Translations under genes and position numbers: made by a program
Shown: piece by piece, positions 7,533 to 16,663 of the stretch
Position numbering within the stretch: position 1 is the stretch's first letter
Layout: each line of letters begins with the position of its first letter
The notes under the pieces: model-generated
The model's input: only the letters and a program-made list of their open reading frames with translations
The model's database searches: none
Told to the model about the DNA's origin: nothing
NCBI GenBank assembly: GCA_964493715.1
Contig: CAZBPC010000056.1
Location: 1 to 21,817, forward strand
Direction of reading: 5' to 3'
Source of the DNA: an uncultured archaeon
Lineage (GTDB): Archaea > Asgardarchaeota > Lokiarchaeia > Sigyniarchaeales > SOKP01
Length of the DNA stretch: 21,817 bases

Positions 7533-9788
7533 TTACTTTATTGGTCGACTATTTGCTTGGAAAATTGGACCGATAAATTGCGAATATAATTTCGCATATG
7601 AAGCTTGGTTTGAAACCACGCTTATCATTTCAGATTCATTATCTGTAAATGGACCAATAATCACTTCTTCGGCATCTCGGGTGACCGCATAGAAATCGCC
7701 TTGAGTATTAAGCTGTCGGAATTGAATATTACCTAAACTCATCATCTTACGAATAATATCTCCATATTGGTCCATTGGAAAATGACTTGTAAGCATGAAT
7801 CGTGCCGCTTTCTTTTGAAAAGCAAATTCACTGACAACTTGTAAAACTTCTGGGATAACGACTGGTGTCACGATAATGACAGAAGATTTTGTCCTATAAA
7901 TCGCGTCTTTAATGGCAGATACCATCGCATCCCTACCAATTACTTGCCAGGTGGTAATTTCAGAAATCTCAGGGAGCGCACTCGAAGCGTTAAAAATATC
8001 CTTCAATTTATCTTCATTTTGTTCTGACAATTCCGTTCCATCATCAATTGAATTCATGAATTGGAGCGTGAAATCAGCAATTGCATCCTTGATATTTTGT
8101 GCGGTGTCCTTAGTAGTGTTTGATAAGCTATTTTGCAGTGTTTTAGCATTTTCTTCATATTTGGATTTATGATCACTGAGCATTTCACTTAATGTTCTAT
8201 CTAAATCCGCAGATTCATCTCCCCATAGGCTGATTTCAGCGGTAATTTTATCAGAGATATCACGTTTTCCTACAATAAATTTATCATCCGTATCCCTGAT
8301 CCAATCTTCTTTAATCTTCTTTATGTCGGTATCAAATTCTGTATAATGTTTAAGAGAATCATCCTTATGTCGAGTGATAGCTTCATTATATTGCCTATGA
8401 TGTTGCTGAATAGAGCTTTCAAGTGAATCTTTCAACTTTATGGTAGTACTGGAACAATCTTTTATTCCGTTTTGTAGTGTAGTATCAACTTCACCGGCCA
8501 TGTCTGTTGCTAATGTTTCTAACTGTACGTTAATAGTTTCTTGAGCTTTATGATCTAACTCTGTTGTCTCAGTTCCGAGATTTTCATTTTCTCTGGAAAT
8601 AATGGTAGTTACATCCTCTTTAATATCATCAGTAGTTTTGCGCGTATCTTTTATATAATCTTCAGTTGTTTTAATGAAATCATCTTTCATGGGCTCTGTA
8701 AAGGTGAGAATGTTTTGAATTGTAGTTTCATGACGTGCTTTAAATTTTTTCTTCTTACCCATCCAGAAAAAGCCCTTCTTCGCCATTTCTCCTGAAAAAT
8801 CAGTAAATCGATTCGCATGTTCGAGGAGGTTGTCAATTAAGGTTAGTGTCATGCTCTTGAAATCATTTGATTGATCATTTAAGATTCGATGCCGTTCATC
8901 TACTGTTGCTTTTAAGTTAGTTTGAAGAGTCTCAGTTGTATTTTTCACGTGAGTAGCGTGTTCATTTAATAGATTAGATATCCTTTGTTTCAGATCAGTA
9001 ACTATCTTATCCATGCGTTCTAAATATTTCTCGAGAATTTGTTCCATGCGAGGTTTCAAGTCATTTGCAATAGTTTTATGACGATCCACATGTTCATCAA
9101 GATCTTGCTTTAACTCTTTTTCGATATTTTCAACTCGGCTTGAAAAATCAGATAATAAATCAGCAACTAATTTAGTTAAGTTCTCTTTTGTTGTATTGAC
9201 TTGAGATTCGTTTTCTTTTATCTTTGTGGCACTAATGTTTTTTAAATCTGAGTTTAGCACGTTTAAAATTGAATGAGTGTTTTCTTCAAGGGTTTTTGAA
9301 GTGTCAGTAAAACGATTTCTAGCTAAATTTATTTTTTCTGCTTTATAATTGCTTTTAGTATCAGAATCTTCAAAGAATTTTTTCAATTGTCGATCTACAG
9401 CAGTCACTACTTCAGTTATGCTCTTATCTTGGATTGATTCTAGTTTTTCAAACCTACTTGCTTGATCAGCTAAAATCCTATCCTTGATTTGAGCAATTTC
9501 ATTTCTAAAAATCTCGGATTCTGATGTAAATAATTCAAAAAATGGTTCAAGTGGAATGTATCTATCTACAATTCCAGGCACATGCTTTAAAAAACCTTTT
9601 TCAACTAGCTGATTTGTTTCTTCAACGACCTTTTCGTAAGTTAAATCCTGATAATCATCGGTTAATGTGAGATATACTTCCGAAGAAGTTGCTCTTGGCA
9701 CTCTTAAATAACCAAGATATATAAGGATTTGTTCTTCTGTAAAACCATAACGAGTAAAAACTTCCTTAGTGAATTCCTTTAAACTCAT
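7533..9788 (-). CDS. TrmB-like protein: N-terminal wHTH, about 530-aa coiled coil, C-terminal TrmB effector/PLD-like domain
   Basis: N-terminal YGFTEEQILIYLGYL...L.EKGF....RYIPLEP (TrmB wHTH pattern). C-terminal TWQVIGRDAM...I.RTKSSVII.TP...RDAEEVIIG (TrmB C-domain pattern). The central region is helical and low in Gly/Pro. Confidence 0.8.
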   Translation of the reverse strand: MSLKEFTKEVFTRYGFTEEQILIYLGYLRVPRATSSEVYLTLTDDYQDLTYEKVVEETNQLVEKGFLKHVPGIVDRYIPLEPFFELFTSESEIFRNEIAQIKDRILADQASRFEKLESIQDKSITEVVTAVDRQLKKFFEDSDTKSNYKAEKINLARNRFTDTSKTLEENTHSILNVLNSDLKNISATKIKENESQVNTTKENLTKLVADLLSDFSSRVENIEKELKQDLDEHVDRHKTIANDLKPRMEQILEKYLERMDKIVTDLKQRISNLLNEHATHVKNTTETLQTNLKATVDERHRILNDQSNDFKSMTLTLIDNLLEHANRFTDFSGEMAKKGFFWMGKKKKFKARHETTIQNILTFTEPMKDDFIKTTEDYIKDTRKTTDDIKEDVTTIISRENENLGTETTELDHKAQETINVQLETLATDMAGEVDTTLQNGIKDCSSTTIKLKDSLESSIQQHHRQYNEAITRHKDDSLKHYTEFDTDIKKIKEDWIRDTDDKFIVGKRDISDKITAEISLWGDESADLDRTLSEMLSDHKSKYEENAKTLQNSLSNTTKDTAQNIKDAIADFTLQFMNSIDDGTELSEQNEDKLKDIFNASSALPEISEITTWQVIGRDAMVSAIKDAIYRTKSSVIIVTPVVIPEVLQVVSEFAFQKKAARFMLTSHFPMDQYGDIIRKMMSLGNIQFRQLNTQGDFYAVTRDAEEVIIGPFTDNESEMISVVSNQASYAKLYSQFIGPIFQANSRPIK

Positions 9789-10049
9789 GAGTTTTTCTCC
9801 AATGTTCTATTTACATTGAAATAAAATTCAAATAAATTTATGAATAATATGAATTCCTTTTCAATATCTTAAAATATTATAATCTTTAATTATTTATCAA
9901 AATTATTATATTAAAACTTAAGGATTAGGAAGACCGCTTTTTAATGTGGAACCTTTAAGAAATGAATCTATCACATTTATCAAATCTAATAGGGATACTC
10001 TAAATTGTAAACGTGAAGATATGATTTGATTGTATAATTAAGTCTAATG

Positions 10050-10080
10050 GGAATAATTATTCCTCAATCCTTTTTATATA
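10050..10080 (+). promoter_or_regulatory. Perfect 14-bp palindrome upstream of a TATA box (activator-type architecture)
   Basis: GGAATAATTATTCC (10050-10063), followed by TTTTTATATA (10071-10080). The ATG is at 10125. Confidence 0.65.
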
Positions 10081-10124
10081 GAATATACTTCTTTCTTACA
10101 GATAATAAAATTTGTTGAAAAAAA

Positions 10125-10805
10125 ATGAAAAAAACACATAAGATTTTAATCAGTATATTTAGTCTCATGGTACTTTTTTCCCTATTGAACGTAAGTTCGG
10201 TTGCAGCTCAAGGAACAACTCCTGAAGAAATTAATCAAGACTGGTACCAAACGAGATTGAACTCCTCTACACAATACAATTTTAGATTCAGATTACAAAC
10301 CCAACTAAGAATTATGGCGAATGTTAATATGGATCTACGTATTGATTGTGAACCAATGAAGATTGGGGTAAAAGATTTCACTCTTGAAGTTACAACATCC
10401 GGAGATTTAACGATGAATATGACATGCACGGAAGAACAAAAAGAACTTGGATTATTAAATGGAAACACTTACCAAATGAGGAATCAAAATCGATTTCGAT
10501 ATGATGAAGGATTTTGCGTTAGAATTCAAACAAATGCTACAAATCAAATACAAGCAAAGTTAATGATTCAAGCAACAAATCAAAATCAAGTAGGTACGTG
10601 GGCATACTACGATGAAGCAACCGGAGAATGGGTATCAGTCCCAACTACGGTTGAGAACGGATATTTAGTAGCCAACGTTGATCATTTCTCATATTGGACA
10701 ATTTTACTTCCAGATTTTACACTCGCGATAATTATTAGTATTGGTGTAGGAGCAAGTGCCTTGGTTGCAGTATTAGCAATTTATTATTGGAAGAAGAAGA
10801 GATGA
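10125..10805 (+). CDS. Secreted, C-terminally membrane-anchored beta-rich surface protein
   Basis: Signal peptide ending VAA/Q, N-glycosylation sequons (NSS, NMT, NAT), YYDEATGEW...VDHFSYW motif, then a TM helix and KKKR tail. Confidence 0.85.
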   Translation: MKKTHKILISIFSLMVLFSLLNVSSVAAQGTTPEEINQDWYQTRLNSSTQYNFRFRLQTQLRIMANVNMDLRIDCEPMKIGVKDFTLEVTTSGDLTMNMTCTEEQKELGLLNGNTYQMRNQNRFRYDEGFCVRIQTNATNQIQAKLMIQATNQNQVGTWAYYDEATGEWVSVPTTVENGYLVANVDHFSYWTILLPDFTLAIIISIGVGASALVAVLAIYYWKKKR

Positions 10806-10896
10806 GACAATAGTATTTAATTAATATCCTTTTTTTTTATCTTTTAATTATCAAAATTATATAAAATATTGTTGAGGTTGGCTAAAAATTCGTAAA

Positions 10897-12144
10897 ATGG
10901 TGAAAAGGGAAAATAAAACAATTATTTTTCTTGCATCATTTATAGTATTATTAAGTTTAAATCTGTACCTCAACACGGTTTTAGCTCGGGATGAATACAT
11001 TCCTGGATTCTCTACAAACGATTCCATAAATGCAGATGAAACAGTTAACTATCATTTCTCTAACAATATACTTTTAAGTATAAGTAGCAATGTCTCAATA
11101 GAACTTAGTGCTAGCTACGAAAATCCTATTCTAAATAAACAAATTCACTTTTTCATCAATAATAGCAATCCATTATCATTAAATATCACTTCAAAAGAAA
11201 ATCTTGGAAATTTTGGTGTTTCTAAAGCCCCACAAGATCCAAATAAAGGGGGTCTTCAGTATCAAAATAAATATAATTGCATAATGTTGATTATAGCTAA
11301 TGTTACCATAGAACATCTGACAATTCGGAGCTTTAAAAGTACTCAATATGGATTTAACTTAAATTCACAATATTCAATCGGAGTTTATGAACCATCTAGT
11401 GAATCTTGGGAAATATTTGAAACACAAGAACAACTTAATACATCTAATTCAGAATTGTATTTAGAGACATCATTATCTTTACTGAATGCTAGTACAGAAT
11501 ATTATATTACTTATTTTGAAGTAAATAACATAGTTGATAATTGGATTTGGGTTTCATTTTTTGTAATTCTCTTTTGTGTTATTGTTGCTGCTGCAATAAT
11601 GATCTCAAAAAGTGATTACATAAATTATTTAAAAATGCGAACTGTTCCAATTGAGAAGGGAGTGCATCGTCTTACTTTGGAAGATGTATTAGAAAATAAA
11701 AACCGTGATAAAATAATTGATTTAGTATTAAATGAGCCTGGAATTCATTTCAATGAGCTATTAAGAAGAACAGAAATTGCTGCAGGAAATTTAGTCTGGC
11801 ATTTAGATATTCTTGAAACCTATAAGATAATTGGAAAAAAGCGAGTGGGTAAATTTATTGCCTATTTTCCATATTATGATAAAAATCCTATTTCAAATAT
11901 AGATTTAAAATTGAGTAAAAGCAAGCTAACCCTAGAAATTTTAGAGATGATTGAAAATGAACCGGGGTTATGGAATAATATCATTACAAAGAAACTAAAA
12001 GTGGATCATAAAACAATTCATTATCATATCAACAAATTAAGAGATTTGAATCTCATACGTTTTCAAAAGGATGGACGGAAAAAAAAATTCTTCCCGAATT
12101 TAGAATCAGAATATTTTGAAAATAAAAAAGAAGAAGATAATTAG
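10897..12144 (+). CDS. Single-pass membrane transcription factor: signal peptide, ectodomain, TM, two winged-HTH domains
   Basis: Signal peptide ending VLA/R, many sequons (NDS, NVS, NNS, NIT, NVT, NTS, NAS), TM WIWVSFFVILFCVIVAAAIMI. Tandem wHTH repeats: NRDKIIDLVLNEPGIHFNEL...WHLDIL and ILEMIENEPGL...HYHINKL. Confidence 0.88.
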   Translation: MVKRENKTIIFLASFIVLLSLNLYLNTVLARDEYIPGFSTNDSINADETVNYHFSNNILLSISSNVSIELSASYENPILNKQIHFFINNSNPLSLNITSKENLGNFGVSKAPQDPNKGGLQYQNKYNCIMLIIANVTIEHLTIRSFKSTQYGFNLNSQYSIGVYEPSSESWEIFETQEQLNTSNSELYLETSLSLLNASTEYYITYFEVNNIVDNWIWVSFFVILFCVIVAAAIMISKSDYINYLKMRTVPIEKGVHRLTLEDVLENKNRDKIIDLVLNEPGIHFNELLRRTEIAAGNLVWHLDILETYKIIGKKRVGKFIAYFPYYDKNPISNIDLKLSKSKLTLEILEMIENEPGLWNNIITKKLKVDHKTIHYHINKLRDLNLIRFQKDGRKKKFFPNLESEYFENKKEEDN

Positions 12145-12300
12145 TCTAAGCTCAAAAACAAACTTAGATTTTTTCATTCCATTGACCTTAATGCATTTAT
12201 GAGCTGATTGTAATTTAATATTTGAGAATTTATTTTGGGAGTTTTGGTATTTTTAAAATATTAAAGTTGCATTTTTAATCATCTATAAACTATAAATTTC

Positions 12301-12804
12301 ATGATTGAACCAGAAAAACTTTTAGAGTTTATGAAGAACCGTAGGAGCATTCGTTCGTTTCAAAATACCCCGATTGCTGAAGATGCGATTGAAATGCTAT
12401 TAGAAGCAGCAAGATGGACTCCAAGCGCTTCAAATAGGCAACCTTGGGAATTTATCGTTATTAAAGATAAGGAGCTTTTGGAAAATGTAGCAAGTAATGC
12501 AATGTTCGGAAAGTTCGTGAAAAGAGCACCTTTGGCAATTGCAATAGTTGGAAAAAAAAGGGTGAGTCCTAATTGGTATGTTATAGATACATCCTTGGTT
12601 TCTATGAATATGATGCTTATGGCTTGGTCTTTGGGGATCGGAACTTGTTGGATTGGCTCCATGGATCGGGAAAAGGCGAAGGAGATACTCAAATTAAAGG
12701 AGGATGACTATTTGCTTACTATCCTACCATTTGGTTATGTAAAAGGAGCAATCCCAAAACCTACTTTACGTAAATCAATGGAAGAAATTAAAAAAGAGAT
12801 GTGA
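12301..12804 (+). CDS. Nitroreductase family protein
   Basis: RRSIRSF, PSASNRQPWEF and GIGTCWIG motifs. Confidence 0.95.
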   Translation: MIEPEKLLEFMKNRRSIRSFQNTPIAEDAIEMLLEAARWTPSASNRQPWEFIVIKDKELLENVASNAMFGKFVKRAPLAIAIVGKKRVSPNWYVIDTSLVSMNMMLMAWSLGIGTCWIGSMDREKAKEILKLKEDDYLLTILPFGYVKGAIPKPTLRKSMEEIKKEM

Positions 12805-12806
12805 AT

Positions 12807-13973
12807 TTATAGTTCAATAATTAACTCATCTAACTTTTCTGGTGCATTAGATAATTTAATGTATCCGTCTTCTGTAATCAAGACTGTATCAGAATGTCGA
12901 AATCCTCCTAATCTGGGGATATAAATTCCGGGTTCAACACTTATTAACATGTTAGGTTCTAATTGACGATCATAACCTTCTGCTAGAAATGGTGCTTCAT
13001 GCCCAGTAATCCCTAATCCATGCCCTGTCCGATGGATGATGTAATCCCCATATCCATTATTCGTAATGAATTTCCTAACTTTTTTATCAATTTCCCCCAT
13101 GTTCTCTCCAGGCTTTAATAGAGTATATGCTAAATCTCTTGCTTGATACATGATTTCAAACGGTTTTTTAGCTCTTTGTGGTATTTCACCTAAGAAGAAA
13201 GTTCGTTCTATTTCAACTCCATACCCATCTACTTGCGCGTAAACTATTGAAACATGTGGTCCTCCGTTTTCCATTTCAGCAAAAATTTTTGGTATTATAT
13301 GCGGATCATGAGAAAAAGAGGGTGGCCAAACAGCAGCGGTGGTCTTACATACCATAAAATTAGCTTCGGGAATATCTTGGATGATTTTAGACGTCATGAG
13401 TCCTGTTACTTTTTGATATAATGCAAACTCTAGTACACCAGGTCGACACATTTTAAGAACTTCCTTATGACCTTTATTGATTACCTTGCAAGCGTGTACT
13501 GAACGTCCAACTTCATAGTCAGTTTTTATAATCCGAACCTCATCAATAATATCCGTGATGATCTTAATTCCTTGAGTTTTTTCTGCAATTCCCATAGGCA
13601 TTGCAGACTCTATGCCCACTGTTTTATTATTTTTAATAAGTTTTTGGTATTGATCAAACCAATTTTCTCCTTTTGGAGCAGGAAATTCATAATAGCTGAA
13701 AAACTCCAGATCACATAATGCTCTTGTTTCAACGTGACTTTTTTCTAAAAGTGGTACTACCATTTTTGGGGGACCTTCTTTCTCAATTACTAAGATAAAG
13801 GGTCGTTCATGAACATTATTAGCAAAATTCGTTAAATAGTAAATGTTTACTGGGTTAAATGAAATATAATAATCTAAATTTTCACGATGCATTAAGGAAC
13901 GCACTTTTTCAAGACGATTATTTAACTCCTCTTTCGATGGAGGTACTTTTATTGATTTTAATTTTGAAACCAT
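12807..13973 (-). CDS. M24 (Xaa-Pro peptidase/creatinase) family protein
   Basis: Creatinase-N-like N-terminus (NIYYLTNF) and pita-bread domain motifs RIIKT..E, HRTGHGLG..HEAP and VEPGIY. Confidence 0.9.
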   Translation of the reverse strand: MVSKLKSIKVPPSKEELNNRLEKVRSLMHRENLDYYISFNPVNIYYLTNFANNVHERPFILVIEKEGPPKMVVPLLEKSHVETRALCDLEFFSYYEFPAPKGENWFDQYQKLIKNNKTVGIESAMPMGIAEKTQGIKIITDIIDEVRIIKTDYEVGRSVHACKVINKGHKEVLKMCRPGVLEFALYQKVTGLMTSKIIQDIPEANFMVCKTTAAVWPPSFSHDPHIIPKIFAEMENGGPHVSIVYAQVDGYGVEIERTFFLGEIPQRAKKPFEIMYQARDLAYTLLKPGENMGEIDKKVRKFITNNGYGDYIIHRTGHGLGITGHEAPFLAEGYDRQLEPNMLISVEPGIYIPRLGGFRHSDTVLITEDGYIKLSNAPEKLDELIIEL

Positions 13974-14112
13974 TTTTTTTCACCTAATTATCTTCTAAAT
14001 CAATATTTAACTTAATTTTGTTGGGCTAATAATTTTTCACATTATCTCTTCTCACTAAACTTAATAAAAAGGAAAATTATTTTACTAGTAAAACCTAAAA
14101 TTGAAAATATAA

Positions 14113-15705
14113 ATGACTACCGGATATTTTGGATTAGTACTGCATGGTCACATGCCTTGGTGTAAGAAGAGTGGGGTATGGCCTGCAGGAGAACAGTGGT
14201 ATACTGAAGCCGCTCTGGAAACATATATACCTCTGTTAAATGTTCTAAGGGAGCTTAAAGAGAAAGGAGTAAAGACTGCTATAACAATCAATATCACCCC
14301 AATATTGGCAGAAATGATGGCTGACAACTATATGAAAGAACGTTTTATTCATTATGTTGAAGACTTAATAAAAAGAGCTAAATCTGACATTCAGAAATAT
14401 ACTAATCATCCTTCAAGAAAGAAAATCGCCGAATTCCATTTACGTAATTTAAAAAATAACCTTTCTGCTTTTTATCAAAATTATTATAGCGACCTTTTAG
14501 GTACCTTTAAGTGGCTTCAAGATGAGAAGATGATAGAATTAATAACTTGTGCAGCAACTCATGGTTTTTTACCGCTTTTTGAGCGAGATTCTACCATTTT
14601 TTCTCAGATACAACTTGCAGTCGAAACTTACAAAAAATACTTTAAGAAAGAACCAAAAGGATTTTGGCTTCCCGAATGTGCTTATCGCCCCAGGAAGAAA
14701 ATTGGAAATGCTATACGGGAAAGTATTGATTATTGGCTTCATAACTCTGGAATAGAATACTTTTTTGTTGATTCTCATGGGATTTTAACCGCTGAGATGA
14801 TTGAGAGTAAAAACCAAATAGGTTTGAACACTAATATTGGATATAATTTAGAAACTGGAGTTTCAGTTTTGGGGAGGAATAAAAACACGAGCAGACAAGT
14901 ATGGGATGCACAAATAGGTTATCCTGGTAATGAATATTATAGGGAATTTCATAAAAAAGATCATGATTCTGGATTACAGTATTGGAGGATTACAGATAAA
15001 TCAATTGGTAACGAGCAGAAGGAATTATATGATATAGAAAAAGCTCAAGATAGGATTAAATTGGATGCAAATTATTTTATTTCTTCTCTTTTAAAAGAAT
15101 TAACATCATTCTCAAGTAAATATAATGAGAAAGGCATTATTGTATCCCCTTATGATTTTGAACTGTTTGGTCATTGGTGGATGGAGGGAATTCCATGGCT
15201 TAAAAGAGTCTTTGAATTAATCCATGGAGAAAAAAATATCAAAATGATCACATTTTCAGCATATCTTTCCAAAAATAAAGATAAGTTTTCTATTATTAAG
15301 ATGAAAGAAAGTAGTTGGGGTGAAGGTGGTCATTTCCAAGTTTGGAAAAACCCAGAACATGGTTGGATATGGCCTTATATTAATAGCTCTGCAATAGAAT
15401 TTGAAAATATTTTAGAGAGATATCCCAATCCTAATACATCACAACAACGTATCTTAAGACAGATTGCTAGAGAACTTTTATTGATGGAGGGAAGTGATTG
15501 GTCTTTTCTATTATACACTAAACAAGCTAAAGAATATGCAAATCAACGGTTTCATCACCATCACCAAAGATTTAATAAATTAATCTGGATTGCCAAGGAT
15601 TTTAATGATAAAAATAGGTTATCTTTAAAAGAGTTGGAAGAAATTGAATCAATCGACTCTTGTTTCCAAAATATCAATTTAGATTATTTTCGTAAAAAAA
15701 ATTAA
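14113..15705 (+). CDS. GH57 1,4-alpha-glucan branching enzyme (DUF1957)
   Basis: LHGHMP, ETYIPL, ATHGFLP, GFWLPEC (nucleophile), YDFELFGHWW.EG (acid/base), SSWGEGG and SDW motifs. Confidence 0.93.
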   Translation: MTTGYFGLVLHGHMPWCKKSGVWPAGEQWYTEAALETYIPLLNVLRELKEKGVKTAITINITPILAEMMADNYMKERFIHYVEDLIKRAKSDIQKYTNHPSRKKIAEFHLRNLKNNLSAFYQNYYSDLLGTFKWLQDEKMIELITCAATHGFLPLFERDSTIFSQIQLAVETYKKYFKKEPKGFWLPECAYRPRKKIGNAIRESIDYWLHNSGIEYFFVDSHGILTAEMIESKNQIGLNTNIGYNLETGVSVLGRNKNTSRQVWDAQIGYPGNEYYREFHKKDHDSGLQYWRITDKSIGNEQKELYDIEKAQDRIKLDANYFISSLLKELTSFSSKYNEKGIIVSPYDFELFGHWWMEGIPWLKRVFELIHGEKNIKMITFSAYLSKNKDKFSIIKMKESSWGEGGHFQVWKNPEHGWIWPYINSSAIEFENILERYPNPNTSQQRILRQIARELLLMEGSDWSFLLYTKQAKEYANQRFHHHHQRFNKLIWIAKDFNDKNRLSLKELEEIESIDSCFQNINLDYFRKKN

Positions 15706-15759
15706 GTTCTAGTTCTATAAATAGTAGATTGTAATGGAAACCGGTGATAAAGTTATTTT

Positions 15760-16533
15760 TTATTTTTCCTTTTTCACAAATTTAGAAAGCCTCTCTTTCA
15801 AGATGTCAGATTGTGATGTCTCAATCATTGCAACTGACTCTCGAGCAAGAACTCCCTCAATATCAAGATCCTGATTTTCATTTATGTAAACTTTCGTATA
15901 TCTTAATGCTGCGTGTCCTTTTTGGACAATTGTGTTGGCAATTTTTACCAAAATTCTTTTTAAACTTTCAGGTTTGCAAACTCGTGTAACTAAACCTATT
16001 TTAAGAGCATCTTCAGCAGATATTTCATCACCAAATATCATCATATCTTTAGCTCGACCTTCTCCAATTATTCGGGGTAAAAGCTTCGTAGAGGCATTAG
16101 AAAAGAAGAGACCAACTCCCGCTTCAGGCAACATGATTCGTGTATCTGTAGCAGCAATTCTTACATCACACGCTAATGTATGCTCGAATCCTCCACCAAT
16201 AACCCATCCGTGATACCCTACAATAATAATCCCCGGGTGTGCTATCATTTTTCTCGTTAATACTTGCCATGCCTCAAGAAATTGCACACCCTCGGCGAAC
16301 TTTTCCTCATTGGTAATTAAATCATAGCTATATTTTAAATCTGCCCCCACAGTGAAATGCTTTCCATTCGCAGAATATAACACACACGCATCATCGTTCT
16401 TAGCACTCAATTCAAAACATTCTATCAATTTGGTAAGGAGTGCTAGATCGATTGTGTTTCTTTGATCTGGCTTATTGAGCGTGATCTTTCCTATATCTCC
16501 CTCTTTTTCATATGTAACAATATTATCCATCAT
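15760..16533 (-). CDS. Enoyl-CoA hydratase/isomerase (crotonase) family protein
   Basis: LNKPDQRN, F.VGADL, IGGGFE and LPEAGVG; both catalytic Glu positions are present. Confidence 0.93.
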   Translation of the reverse strand: MMDNIVTYEKEGDIGKITLNKPDQRNTIDLALLTKLIECFELSAKNDDACVLYSANGKHFTVGADLKYSYDLITNEEKFAEGVQFLEAWQVLTRKMIAHPGIIIVGYHGWVIGGGFEHTLACDVRIAATDTRIMLPEAGVGLFFSNASTKLLPRIIGEGRAKDMMIFGDEISAEDALKIGLVTRVCKPESLKRILVKIANTIVQKGHAALRYTKVYINENQDLDIEGVLARESVAMIETSQSDILKERLSKFVKKEK

Positions 16534-16663
16534 GAGGATCGCTTATATTTTTTTTAATTAAAAAGTAGAATTTGGTAGAAAATTAAAATATTCTCCATTA
16601 ATTTGGTTGTCGAAAAATGCGTAATTGAAAAAATTCAAATAAAGAATTGCTCTATTGTGTTAC

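Noticed and set aside
7533-9788. SMC/Rad50 ATPase or chemoreceptor call for the long coiled-coil protein
   Set aside because: No Walker A/B or signature motif, and no MCP hairpin consensus.
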